Translations under genes and position numbers: made by a program
In this document: piece by piece, positions 16,459 through 25,535 of the stretch
How positions within the stretch are numbered: the first letter of the stretch is position 1
Layout: each line of letters starts with the position of its first letter
Source: an uncultured Acidobacteriota bacterium
GTDB lineage: Bacteria > Acidobacteriota > Thermoanaerobaculia > Multivoradales > UBA5704
Direction of reading: 5' to 3'
Length of the DNA: 64,000 bases
Assembly: GCA_963700145.1 (NCBI GenBank)
Contig: OY969474.1
Location: 4,736,001 to 4,800,000, forward strand
The notes under the pieces: generated by a model
What the model was told of the DNA's origin: nothing
What the model saw: the letters and a program-made list of their open reading frames with translations, nothing else
Databases searched by the model: none

Positions 16459-19083
16459 GTGGGGACGAGCTGGCTCCAGCGCCTCGCAAGCTTCGCGAGA
16501 CGCCGCTACCGGCTGCTGTTCGTCCTTTTCGGGATCCTCACCGGGCTCTCCGCCCTGGCCGCGACGCGGCTCTCCTTCGACACCGACATGCTGAAGCTCC
16601 TGCCGCAGCAGGACCCGGCGATCCGCGCTTACGTCGAGACGCTGGAGGACTTCGGCACCTTCTCCTACCTGCTGGTGGTGATCCGCATCCCGGAGGGGAC
16701 GGTCCCCGACCCCTACGAGATGCTGGCCGACGAGGTCGCCGGCGAGCTGCGCGCGCTGCCGGAGCTCGAGCGCGTCGAGCACCGGCTGGGCGACCCCGAG
16801 GAGCTGCTGCGGACCTTCTTCCCCAAGGCGGTCCTCTTCCTCTCGCCCGCCGAGCGGCAGGCCTTCGAGATGAAGCTCTCCGACTACGGGATCGCCGTCC
16901 GCGCGCGCGAGCTGGCGCGTCTCATCAAGACGCCGCAGGGCCTGGCCGCTAAGCAGCTCGTGCGGCTCGACCCCTTCGGCCTGGCGGACATCTTCTTCGA
17001 CCGCGTCCAGGGCTCGCGCGGCAGCCTCAAGGTGGACTGGACGAGCGGCTACTACCTGTCGCAGGACCAGCGCCTGCTGCTGCTGCTGGCGCAGCCCAAG
17101 CGGCCGCCGCAGGACGTGGAGTTCGTGGACGACCTGGTGGCGGCGGTGGACGCGGTCGTCGAGCGCAAGCTGGCGGAGTGGCCGCGGATCGCCGGTCCCG
17201 AGCCGCCGCCGGCGCCGGTGGTGGCGCTCGGCGGGCCCTACCTCACCTCCCTGGGCGACGCCTCGCTGCTGCGCAAGGACCTGCTGATCACGATCGTCAC
17301 CTCGACGATCAGCGTCTTCCTGCTCTTCCTCTTCGCCTTCCGCCGCAAGGGGGCGCTGCTCTACGCCTTCGTGCCGCTGCTCTCGGCCATCGTCATCACC
17401 TTCGGCCTGCTGGCGGTGACGATCGGGGCGCTCTCCTCGGCGACCAGCGTCGTCGCGGCGCTGCTCATCGGCCTGGGGATCGACTTCGTCATCGTCTCCT
17501 ACGGCCGCTACATCGAGGAGCGGCGGCGCGGCGTCGGGCTCGACCGCGCGCTGGCGGCGATGAACGGCTACACCGGCCGGGCGGTTGTCGTGGGGGCGGT
17601 CACCACCGCCGCCACTTTCTACGCCTTCAGCTTCACCGACTTCACCGGCCTGCGGCAGATGGGGCTGATGACCGGCACCGGCATCCTGATCTGCATGGTG
17701 ACGGTGCTGGTGCTGCTGCCGGCGCTGCTCGCCTGGGCCGACGACCGCCACGTGCGCCGCAAGACCGAGCCCAACCTCTACCTCCACAGCCTCGGCACCA
17801 ACGTCCTGATGCGCTTCTCGATGCGCCACCCGCGCCCGGTGCTGCTGGCGGGCGCGCTGGTGACCCTCGGCGCCTTCGCCCTCTCCACCCGCCTCACCTT
17901 CGACGAGAGCATGAAGACGATGCGCCCGCGCGGCAACCGCGGCATGGAGGTGGCCGAGGAGGTGGGGCGCCACTTCGGCTCCGGCTTCGACTCGATGCTC
18001 CTGCTGCTGACCGGGGACCGGCTGTCCGAAGTGCTGGAGCTGTCCGAGCGGGCGGTCGCCGAGGCGCGCGAGCTGGTCGCCGAGGGCGTGCTCCAGGGCG
18101 TCAGCGGCGTGCCGTCGCTCATCCCGGCGCCGCAGAAGCAGCAGGAGGCGCTGGAGTGGCTGGCGTTCGCGCGCAGCGGTCCGCTCGACATGCGCCGCAT
18201 CCGCGCCAACTTCGAGCGGCAGGCGGCGACCCAGGGGCTGCGCGTCGACGGGTTCGCGCCGGGGCTCGAGCTGCTGGAGGAGGCGGTCTCGCTGTCGCGC
18301 CCGGTGGGAGTGGCCGACTTCCAGGCCAGCGAGCAGACCGCGCTCCTCCTCGGCCGCTTCCTGCGCAAGACCGACCGCGGCTGGAAGAGCGCGGTGTATC
18401 TCTACCCGCCGGCCGGCAAGTGGCGGCGCGAGCCGCCGCCGCAGGCGGTCGAGCTGGCGGAGCGGCTGGGGGACCGGGCAGTGCTCTCGGGGGTCAACGT
18501 CATCAACCAGCGGGTGCGCCAGCGGGTGTTGCGCGACGGCTGGATCGCCGGCGTCCTGGGGTTGATCGCGGTGGCGCTGATCCTCTGGATCAACTTCAAG
18601 AACCCGCGGCTGGCGCTGCTCGGCCTGACACCGGTCATGGTGGGGATCTGCTGGATGCTCGGCGCGATGGTCGTCGCCGGCATCCAGATGAACTTCATCA
18701 ACATTTTCGTCACCACCATGATCATCGGCATCGGCGTGGACTACGCGGTCTACGTCCTCCACCGCTACCGCGAGGTGGGCGGCGCGAGCGGCAAGGAGGT
18801 CGAGCGCGGCCTGGTGGAGACCGGCAACGCCGTGGTCATGGCGTCGCTGTCGACGATCCTGGGCTTCGGCTCGATCACCTTCTCGAGCTACCCGGGGCTC
18901 CAGTCCACCGGCAAGGTGGCGATCCTCGGCGCCTTCTGCGCCTGCTTCGTGACCATCACCCTGCTGCCCGCCTGGCTCGCCTGGCGGCACGTGGAGGTGG
19001 AGCCGGTCGAGGAAGACCTGCCGGAGGGTGAAGGGGACGACGACGTAGCGCCCGGCCTACGTGCCGGGCGTTCCGGCGGCTAG
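16459..19083 (+). CDS. MMPL/RND-superfamily transporter
   Basis: Two repeats of periplasmic loop plus TM bundle with GLGIDF and GIGVDY motifs. Confidence 0.88.
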   Translation: MGTSWLQRLASFARRRYRLLFVLFGILTGLSALAATRLSFDTDMLKLLPQQDPAIRAYVETLEDFGTFSYLLVVIRIPEGTVPDPYEMLADEVAGELRALPELERVEHRLGDPEELLRTFFPKAVLFLSPAERQAFEMKLSDYGIAVRARELARLIKTPQGLAAKQLVRLDPFGLADIFFDRVQGSRGSLKVDWTSGYYLSQDQRLLLLLAQPKRPPQDVEFVDDLVAAVDAVVERKLAEWPRIAGPEPPPAPVVALGGPYLTSLGDASLLRKDLLITIVTSTISVFLLFLFAFRRKGALLYAFVPLLSAIVITFGLLAVTIGALSSATSVVAALLIGLGIDFVIVSYGRYIEERRRGVGLDRALAAMNGYTGRAVVVGAVTTAATFYAFSFTDFTGLRQMGLMTGTGILICMVTVLVLLPALLAWADDRHVRRKTEPNLYLHSLGTNVLMRFSMRHPRPVLLAGALVTLGAFALSTRLTFDESMKTMRPRGNRGMEVAEEVGRHFGSGFDSMLLLLTGDRLSEVLELSERAVAEARELVAEGVLQGVSGVPSLIPAPQKQQEALEWLAFARSGPLDMRRIRANFERQAATQGLRVDGFAPGLELLEEAVSLSRPVGVADFQASEQTALLLGRFLRKTDRGWKSAVYLYPPAGKWRREPPPQAVELAERLGDRAVLSGVNVINQRVRQRVLRDGWIAGVLGLIAVALILWINFKNPRLALLGLTPVMVGICWMLGAMVVAGIQMNFINIFVTTMIIGIGVDYAVYVLHRYREVGGASGKEVERGLVETGNAVVMASLSTILGFGSITFSSYPGLQSTGKVAILGAFCACFVTITLLPAWLAWRHVEVEPVEEDLPEGEGDDDVAPGLRAGRSGG
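19045..19071 (+). repeat. GTAG-type REP (GTAGCGCCCGGCCTACGTGCCGGGCGT) inside the 3' end of the MMPL gene
   Basis: Exact reverse complement of 56362-56388. Confidence 0.85.
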
Positions 19084-20006
19084 CCGCTGGCGCGCCGCGC
19101 CACGTCCTCGACCGCCGCGGCCAGCGCCTCCGGCACCTCTTCCTGCAGAAAGTGCCCGGCTTCGGTGCGGGTGACCGGCGCCTGCGGGAAGGCGCGCTCG
19201 TGGCGGGGGAGGGCGCGGGCGAGGACCGGGTCGCGAACGCCCCAGACGAGGGCGACGGGGCCGGCGAAGGCGCGCGCCCAGGCCTCGCCGCGGCGGAGGG
19301 CCGGCATGGTCGGGTGGTCGGGGCCGTTCGGCACCAGGCGGGCGAGGGCGAGCGGCGCGACGCGGTCGGCCCAGGTGCGCAGCGGCCAGCGGTAGGCGCG
19401 CGCCACCTCGCCGCGGATCGAGCGCCGGTCCCTCTGCACCCAGCGCATGTGCCGTTGCGGGAAGCCGAGACCGCGGAAGGCCAGCGTGCTCACCACCGGC
19501 ACGCGGGCGAAGCGGTGGAACGCGGTGCCGCGCGGGTAGCGCGGCCAGGTGACGACGGTGTTCGTCCAGACGACCCCGGCGATCCGCCCCGGCAGCCGCT
19601 CGCCGAGGACCGCGCCGAGCAGGCCTCCCCAGTCGTGCCCGACGAGGACCGCGTCGCGCAGGTCCAGCCGCTCGACCAGCTCGGCGAGCGCCCCCGCGTG
19701 CCGGCCGATCGTGTGATCGGCGAGCCGCGGCAGCCGTGAGGAGAGCCCGAGCCCGAGGAGATCGGGCGCGACGCACCGGTAGCCGGGGAGCGCCGCGATC
19801 ACCCGCCGCCAGAGGAAGCTCCAGGCCGGGTTGCCGTGGAGCAGCAGGACCGGCCGCGCCGCCGGGCTCCCCCCTTCAGGCGACGCATCGAGGAAGTGGA
19901 GGCGGCGCCCGGCGTCCTCGCCGCTCTCGAGCACGTAGGCGCCGCGCCGGACCGGGAGCTGGCGGGCCAGCCACTCCGGCAGCGGCGGCGGCGCGGTGAA
20001 GGGCAT
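19080..20006 (-). CDS. Alpha/beta hydrolase, haloalkane dehalogenase-like
   Basis: LLHGNPAWSFLWR, APDLLGLGLS, GHDWGG, AGHFLQEE. Confidence 0.88.
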   Translation of the reverse strand: MPFTAPPPLPEWLARQLPVRRGAYVLESGEDAGRRLHFLDASPEGGSPAARPVLLLHGNPAWSFLWRRVIAALPGYRCVAPDLLGLGLSSRLPRLADHTIGRHAGALAELVERLDLRDAVLVGHDWGGLLGAVLGERLPGRIAGVVWTNTVVTWPRYPRGTAFHRFARVPVVSTLAFRGLGFPQRHMRWVQRDRRSIRGEVARAYRWPLRTWADRVAPLALARLVPNGPDHPTMPALRRGEAWARAFAGPVALVWGVRDPVLARALPRHERAFPQAPVTRTEAGHFLQEEVPEALAAAVEDVARRASG

Positions 20007-21529
20007 CAGCGCACCGTCGCCACCGCCCAGCGCGGCGGGCACCAGAAGCGGATGGGCAGGATCGACGTGCCGAAGCCGGGGTTGATGTAGAGCCAGGTCC
20101 AGCCGCGCCGCGACGGGCCTTCGAAGGCGAAGCGGCCGCTGTCGTAGTAGGCGCCGAGCCGGGCGCGGGTGATGATCGCGCCGTGGAAGGGGAGGCGGAC
20201 CTGGCCGCCGTGGGTGTGGCCGGCGAGCACGAAGTCGAAACCCCGGCGCGCCGCTTCCAGCACCACGTCCGGCGAATGGGAGAGGACGCCGATCGCGCCC
20301 CCCTCCGGCCGCCGCGGGGCGCGCGCCAGGGCCATCGCCAGCCGCGTGCCGCGCGCGCCCGTCCGCCACCCCGCCGGCGGCAGCGGGCCGGCGAGCGGTG
20401 CCGCGAGGAGCGGCCGCCCGTCGTCGGCGGTGACGCGCAGGTTGCGGTAGAGGACGGTCCCGCCGCCCCACGACCAGAGCCCCACCGTCCCCGCCGCGAC
20501 GCGATGGCGCGAGCGGTCCTCCGCCCACGCCTGCCAGGCGCGCGGCTCGGGCTCGTCGGCCGGCCAGACCTTCGCCCACACCCGCACCACGCCGGGCTCG
20601 ACCGCCGCCCTGACCCGCATCCGGTACCAGCGCCCGGGCTCGGGCTCGACGCCGGTGTCCACCCGGCCGGCGGTGAAGGCGGTGCCGTGGCTGACCAGCG
20701 CGAAGCTCCCCGGCATGCCGCGCCCCGGCTCGGCGCGGCGCAGGCGGATCATGCGGTCCTGGCCGAGCGGGTAGCGGCTGTGGACGGCGAGCCCGGCGCC
20801 GGTCTCCCGCCGCTCGATCCAGACGTCGCAGACCGCGTCGTAGCCGCTCCAGGCGAGCGGCCCGCCGGCGTCGGCGAGGCCCCCCGCGGGCGGCGGGTCG
20901 TAGTGGCTGTAGTCGTTGCGGGTGTCGTCGCCGGTCTTGGCGCCGTAGCGCCGGCCGCCGCCGTGGGGGAGCGGCGCGAAGGGGGAGGGCGGCGCCCGGA
21001 AGCCCCAGTCCTCCCCGACCTGCTGGCTGACGCCGAGGAGGAGGAGCCCGCCGGTCCCGGCGCCGGGCGGCGGCCCGGCGACCAGCCGCCCCTCGTTGGC
21101 GAGCCAGACGGCGCCGGCGTCGGCCACCGCCGCCACCAGCGCCCCGTGGTACTCGCTGTGCCCCTGCACGGCGAAGACCGGCGCCGTCCGCCGCAGCGCC
21201 GCCATCGTCGCGGCGGTGGCGCGGACGTGGCGCGCCATCGCTTCCGGCTCGGGCACCTCGTCGATCAGATCGCCGCTGACCACGATCAGCTCCGGCCGCT
21301 CCGCCGCCACGTCGCGCAGCAGGCGGCGGAGGAGCGACGTCTCGGCGGCGATGTGGAGGTCGGAGAGGTGGACGAGGCGGAGGCGGGCCGCGCCCTCGAT
21401 CGGCAGGTCCACGTCGTCGCGCAGCAGCAGGAGGCGCGGCTCGATCCAGCAGGCGTCGGCGAGGGCGAGGAGGGAGAGAACGGCGAGCGCCGCCGCCCAG
21501 CGGCGGCGGAGGCGCCCGGCCGGGCTCAG
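20006..21529 (-). CDS. Membrane-anchored metallophosphoesterase with an inserted beta-sandwich domain (start uncertain, possibly CTG)
   Basis: WIEP, HLSDLH, SGDL, SHSPD, AGHTHGGQ, PGFGTS..PIRFWCPP; frame open to CTG overlapping the upstream TGA. Confidence 0.8.
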   Translation of the reverse strand: MSPAGRLRRRWAAALAVLSLLALADACWIEPRLLLLRDDVDLPIEGAARLRLVHLSDLHIAAETSLLRRLLRDVAAERPELIVVSGDLIDEVPEPEAMARHVRATAATMAALRRTAPVFAVQGHSEYHGALVAAVADAGAVWLANEGRLVAGPPPGAGTGGLLLLGVSQQVGEDWGFRAPPSPFAPLPHGGGRRYGAKTGDDTRNDYSHYDPPPAGGLADAGGPLAWSGYDAVCDVWIERRETGAGLAVHSRYPLGQDRMIRLRRAEPGRGMPGSFALVSHGTAFTAGRVDTGVEPEPGRWYRMRVRAAVEPGVVRVWAKVWPADEPEPRAWQAWAEDRSRHRVAAGTVGLWSWGGGTVLYRNLRVTADDGRPLLAAPLAGPLPPAGWRTGARGTRLAMALARAPRRPEGGAIGVLSHSPDVVLEAARRGFDFVLAGHTHGGQVRLPFHGAIITRARLGAYYDSGRFAFEGPSRRGWTWLYINPGFGTSILPIRFWCPPRWAVATVR

Positions 21530-22239
21530 AAGGCGCGCCTCGGCCCCGGCTCGGGGGCCTGCCGCCGGAGGCCGCCGAGGAGCAGCAGCAGGAGCGGCCC
21601 GGCGACGAAGCCGCCGATGTGCGCGAACCAGGCCACGCCCCCCTGCTCGTTCGCGGTCGGCGCGCCGAGGGAGGCCAGGCCGGGAAGGAGCTGGAGCAGG
21701 AACCAGATCGGCAGGTAGACCCAGGCCGGCACCTGGATGAAGCGGACGAAGAAGCCCAGGAAGACGACGGTGACGATGCGCACCTTGGGATGGATGAAGA
21801 GGTAGGCGCCGAGGACACCGGAGATCGCCCCCGAGGCGCCGATCGCCGGCAGGGCGGAGAGCGGGTTGGCCCAGGCGTGGGCGATCGTCGCGACGTACCC
21901 CGCCGCCAGGTAGAGGATGAGGAAGCGGGCGTGGCCCAGCCGGTCCTCGATGTTGTCGCCGAACACCCAGAGGAAGAGCATGTTGCCCAGGAAGTGCGCC
22001 CAGCCGCCGTGCAGGAACATCGAGAGGAAGGCGCTCTGCGCCCCGGCGGCGACGTCGCCGGCCGAGAAGCCGTCGGCGAGGAGCTTGCCGGGCACGAAGG
22101 CCGCGGACATGAGGAAGCGCTCGAGCCCGGTCTCGCCCAACGACAGCTCGAAGAGGAAGAACAGGGCGTTGGCGGCGATCAGTGCCACCACCATCAGCGG
22201 GAAGCGATGCCGCGTGTGGATGTCGTGGAGCGGGATCAC
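21526..22239 (-). CDS. Rhomboid-family intramembrane serine protease
   Basis: SMFLHGGWAHFLGNM, GASGAISG, AWFAHIGGF; GTGA overlap with pyk. Confidence 0.93.
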   Translation of the reverse strand: MIPLHDIHTRHRFPLMVVALIAANALFFLFELSLGETGLERFLMSAAFVPGKLLADGFSAGDVAAGAQSAFLSMFLHGGWAHFLGNMLFLWVFGDNIEDRLGHARFLILYLAAGYVATIAHAWANPLSALPAIGASGAISGVLGAYLFIHPKVRIVTVVFLGFFVRFIQVPAWVYLPIWFLLQLLPGLASLGAPTANEQGGVAWFAHIGGFVAGPLLLLLLGGLRRQAPEPGPRRAF

Positions 22240-23747
22240 GCCGGCGGCTCCCGCTCCCACTCCTCGACCGAGCGCACGCGGTGGACGCGCATCAGGTTGG
22301 TCAGCGGGCGCTCGCGGATCGGGTGGCCCATGAGCACGATGATACGGTCTCCCGGCCGCGCGATCCCCGCCATCTGCAGCTTCCGGTCCACCACCTGCAT
22401 GACGCCGTCGAGGTGCTGCACCTCGCCCTCGGCGAGGAGCGGTCGCGTCCCCCAGACGAGCTGGAGCTGCCGCGCCACCCGCTCGTCGGGCGTGAAGGCG
22501 ACGATCGGCGCGCTGGGCCGGTAGCGGGCGACGAGCCGCGCCGTGAACCCCCCCTGGCTGAAGGCGACGATGCAGCGGAACTCCAGCTCGCGCGCGGCGG
22601 TGACGGCGGCGGCGGCCACCATGTCGGGGACGTCGAGCGAGGGGTCGCCGCCGGTGCGGTCGTGGAGCGGCTCGAGCTCGAAGGTGCGGCGGAGATTGGA
22701 GTCGCCGAGGAGGCGCACCGGCTCGCTCGGCGCGGCGGTCTCCCGGGCGTAGTTCTCGGCCGCGCAGACGATCCGCGCCATGGTCGCCACCGTCTCGACG
22801 GGGTACTTGCCGACCGCGGTCTCGCCCGAGAGCATGAGCGAGTCGGCGCCGTCGAAGACCGCGTTGGCGACGTCGGTCGCCTCGGCGCGGGTGGGGCGCG
22901 GCTGTTCGATCATCGACTCGAGCATCTGGGTGGCGACGATGACCGGCTTGCCGGCCCGCCGGCCGGCCGCGACGATCCGCTTCTGCAAGACCGGCACGGT
23001 GTGCAGCGGCACCTCGACGCCGAGGTCGCCGCGCGCCACCATGACCCCCTCGGCGGCGGCCACGATCTCGTCGAGGTGGTCGAGGGCGGTGGCACGCTCC
23101 AGCTTGGCGATGATCGGCAGCCGCCCGCCCAGGCCGCGCACCACCTCGCGCAGCGCCTCGACGTGCGCCGCCTCGCCGACGTAGCTGGCGGCGAGGTAGT
23201 CGGCGCCCTCGGCGAGGGCGAAGGCGCAGTCGCGCCGGTCCTTCTCGGAGATCTCGAACGGCAGGTTGGTGTCGGGGAGGTTGAGGCCCTTCCGCGTCCG
23301 CACCTCGCCGCCGTTGACGACGACGGCGCGCACCCGGTCCCCCTCGTGCGCCTCGACCCGCAGCTCGACGAGCCCGGCGTCGATCAGCAGACGCTCGCCG
23401 GGCTCGAGGTACTGGAGGATCGAGGTCTCGTCGAGCGGCAGGTCCACCCCGGCGGCCTTGGCGCCGCCCAGGTGCACCTGTTCGCCCGGCTGCAGGCGCC
23501 GCCGCTCGCCGGGGAGCTTGCCCAGGCGGTAGCGCGGCCCCATGAGGTCGAGGACGACCGGCAGGTGGACCTGCTCGGCGACCGCCACCCGGCGCACCCG
23601 CTCCAGGGTCTTGCGGTGCTCGTCGTGGCTGCCGTGGGAGAGGTTGAGGCGGACGAGGTCCACCCCGGCACGCAGCAGCTCCCGGAGCACCCCGTCCTCC
23701 CCGCTCGCCGGCCCCAGGGTGGCCATGATCTTGGCCCGCCGCTCCAC
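22236..23747 (-). CDS. pyk: Pyruvate kinase
   Basis: RLNLSHG, IAKLE, MVARGDLGVE, ATQMLESM, PTRAEATDVANAV, MLSGETA. Confidence 0.97.
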   Translation of the reverse strand: MERRAKIMATLGPASGEDGVLRELLRAGVDLVRLNLSHGSHDEHRKTLERVRRVAVAEQVHLPVVLDLMGPRYRLGKLPGERRRLQPGEQVHLGGAKAAGVDLPLDETSILQYLEPGERLLIDAGLVELRVEAHEGDRVRAVVVNGGEVRTRKGLNLPDTNLPFEISEKDRRDCAFALAEGADYLAASYVGEAAHVEALREVVRGLGGRLPIIAKLERATALDHLDEIVAAAEGVMVARGDLGVEVPLHTVPVLQKRIVAAGRRAGKPVIVATQMLESMIEQPRPTRAEATDVANAVFDGADSLMLSGETAVGKYPVETVATMARIVCAAENYARETAAPSEPVRLLGDSNLRRTFELEPLHDRTGGDPSLDVPDMVAAAAVTAARELEFRCIVAFSQGGFTARLVARYRPSAPIVAFTPDERVARQLQLVWGTRPLLAEGEVQHLDGVMQVVDRKLQMAGIARPGDRIIVLMGHPIRERPLTNLMRVHRVRSVEEWEREPPA

Positions 23748-23755
23748 GGGGCCGG

Positions 23756-23778
23756 AGTATAGCGAGCGGCCATATACT
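23756..23778. promoter_or_regulatory. Back-to-back TATACT -10 hexamers for pyk (minus) and antitoxin (plus), both probably leaderless
   Basis: TATACT 8 nt before the pyk GTG and 7 nt before the antitoxin ATG; no SD. Confidence 0.6.
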
Positions 23779-23785
23779 CCCCCGC

Positions 23786-24004
23786 ATGAACGCAGCGTTG
23801 CTCGAGGATGCCCTGCGGCTAACCCCTGAGGAGCGGTTGGACCTCATCGGGGCGCTCTGGGAGACCCTCTCGGAAGAGGACATCCCGGTCACTTCCGAAG
23901 AGCGCGCCCTGCTCGACGCCCGACTCGCCGACCTCGAAAAGAACCCGGACGACCAGAGCCCGTGGCCGGAGGTCAAGGCCCGCCTCGAGCAGCGCCGCCG
24001 TTGA
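23786..24004 (+). CDS. Addiction-module antitoxin (TIGR02574-like)
   Basis: LTPEERLDLIGALWETL...LLDARL...PWPEVKARL pattern; upstream of ParE-like toxin. Confidence 0.88.
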   Translation: MNAALLEDALRLTPEERLDLIGALWETLSEEDIPVTSEERALLDARLADLEKNPDDQSPWPEVKARLEQRRR

Positions 24005-24306
24005 CCCTCCCGGTCTTCATCCGCCAGGTCGCCGAGCTTGACCTGGCGGAGGCCGAAGATTGGTACGAAGAACAGCGTCAAGGGCTCGGCGCAGAGTTCC
24101 GCGCGCAGGTCGATGCCCTGCTCGCCACCCTGTCCATCCACCCACAGCTCTTTCCCGTGCGCTATCGCGGCAACCGACGCGCCGTGCTGCGGCGGTTCCC
24201 CTACCTGCTCTGGTACCGAGTGGAAGCAGAAGCCGTGGTTGTCCTAGCGTGTATCCACGCGAAGCGACACCCGGGAGTCGCGCGTGCCCGACTTCGCCTA
24301 CGCTGA
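24001..24306 (+). CDS. RelE/ParE-family toxin
   Basis: AELDLAEAEDWYE..RQGLGAEF, RRAVLRRFPY, IHAKRHP; TTGA overlap. Confidence 0.88.
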   Translation: MTLPVFIRQVAELDLAEAEDWYEEQRQGLGAEFRAQVDALLATLSIHPQLFPVRYRGNRRAVLRRFPYLLWYRVEAEAVVVLACIHAKRHPGVARARLRLR

Positions 24307-24964
24307 GCTTCCAAGCGTACGGAGACCCTCACGCTGCGTGCATCTAACCCATCCCCTCCCCGCTTACGCCGCTACCCATAGCTGGTCCTGCTAGCGAGGA
24401 TCGTGTGAGAGAGCAGCCGCACCTTCTCGGCGTTGACCATCGGAAAGGCGCGCAAGGGGTGCTGTGGCTCGGTAAGGGCCTCGTGCAGCGACAGTCTCGC
24501 GCTCAACTTCCACAGCTCCAGAAGGTCACAGCGCTTGATCAGTCCTCTCGCGTGGGCGAGGGATTGCTCGGCGGTTCGATTCGTCCTCTGTCGCTCTTCG
24601 TGATCTTGCATGTGATCGCTGGGCCGCAAGGCCGCCCCGTGGAGTTCTACCTAGTAGCACACGCTCGCGATGACTCCAAGGGGACGAAGAGATGTTGGGC
24701 GCGCGGGAAGTAGACCAGTCAAGGATTAAGGCCCTAGCGATCGGTGTTCGCTTGACGCCGTTACTGGCCTGTAGTCTGATCCTCGCAGCTCCGTAACTCG
24801 CAGTGCTCCGGGTTGCAGCCGCGCGGCTCGGATGTAATCGCGCGCTCTGAGCAGCGATGGGCCTACCGCCGGGAGGGCCGGTGTCGATCAAGGTGCGCTG
24901 AGCGGTCACACGAAGCGCCGCTGGCGGATGACGTTCGGCACACACCCTGTGCTAGGGTTCGGTG

Positions 24965-25240
24965 GTGAAGCGCTTCTCGTGGAGCGTCGAGAAGAACGAG
25001 CTGTTGCGGCAGGAACGGGGGATTGGCTTCGAGGAGATCGTCTACCACATCGAGCGCGGCGATCTGCTCGACCTCCTCGAGCACCCCAACCGGGAGCGGT
25101 ACGGCGGCCAGCGGATCTTCGTGGTGGCGGTTGAGTACTACGCTTATCTCGTACCCTTCGTAGAGTCCGAGACCGAGGTCTTCCTGAAGACGATCATCCC
25201 CAGCCGCAAGGCTACGAAACACTATCTGGGAGGCGACTGA
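24965..25240 (+). CDS. BrnT-like toxin
   Basis: FSWSVEKNELL..ERGIGFEEI, YLVPFVE, FLKTIIPSRKATK. Confidence 0.8.
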   Translation: MKRFSWSVEKNELLRQERGIGFEEIVYHIERGDLLDLLEHPNRERYGGQRIFVVAVEYYAYLVPFVESETEVFLKTIIPSRKATKHYLGGD

Positions 25241-25515
25241 TGGCGCGGCTGCCGAAGGAAGAAAAGGAACTGCTCGACTCGGTGGAAGCCGGAGAGTGGA
25301 GCTCCGTGGCTGCGAAGACTTCCGAACTCAGGCGCTATCAGAGATACGCCAGCTCCACATTCAAGAAGGATCGGCGGATCAACATCCGGATCTCCACCAG
25401 GGACCTCGAGGCGCTCCAGAAACGCGCGCTCATCGAAGGCGTGCCGTACCAGACGCTGATCTCCAGCGTGCTCCACAAGTACGCCTCTGGACGGTTCAGG
25501 GAAGAAGGCTTATAG
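25240..25515 (+). CDS. Cognate antitoxin (C-terminal ribbon-helix-helix, CopG/BrnA-like)
   Basis: KKDRRINIRIS..DL..LQ.RA..EG.PYQTLISSVLHKY; TGATG overlap. Confidence 0.82.
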   Translation: MARLPKEEKELLDSVEAGEWSSVAAKTSELRRYQRYASSTFKKDRRINIRISTRDLEALQKRALIEGVPYQTLISSVLHKYASGRFREEGL

Positions 25516-25535
25516 CCTGGTGGATCGTGCGTCCG

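Noticed and set aside
15715-18990. 1091-aa antisense ORF (likewise 25520-28948, 32521-35754, 42234-46070)
   Set aside because: Overlap well-supported genes; stop-poor shadow frames caused by GC3 bias
24340-24940. Possible integron attC sites (ATCTAAC near 24342; GTTCGGC near 24932) around the TA genes
   Set aside because: No matching complementary core pair or convincing hairpin found by eye, and no integrase in the window
24372-24945. Short ORFs of 85-139 aa in the TA spacer
   Set aside because: Atypical codon usage, mutually overlapping, no recognisable domain
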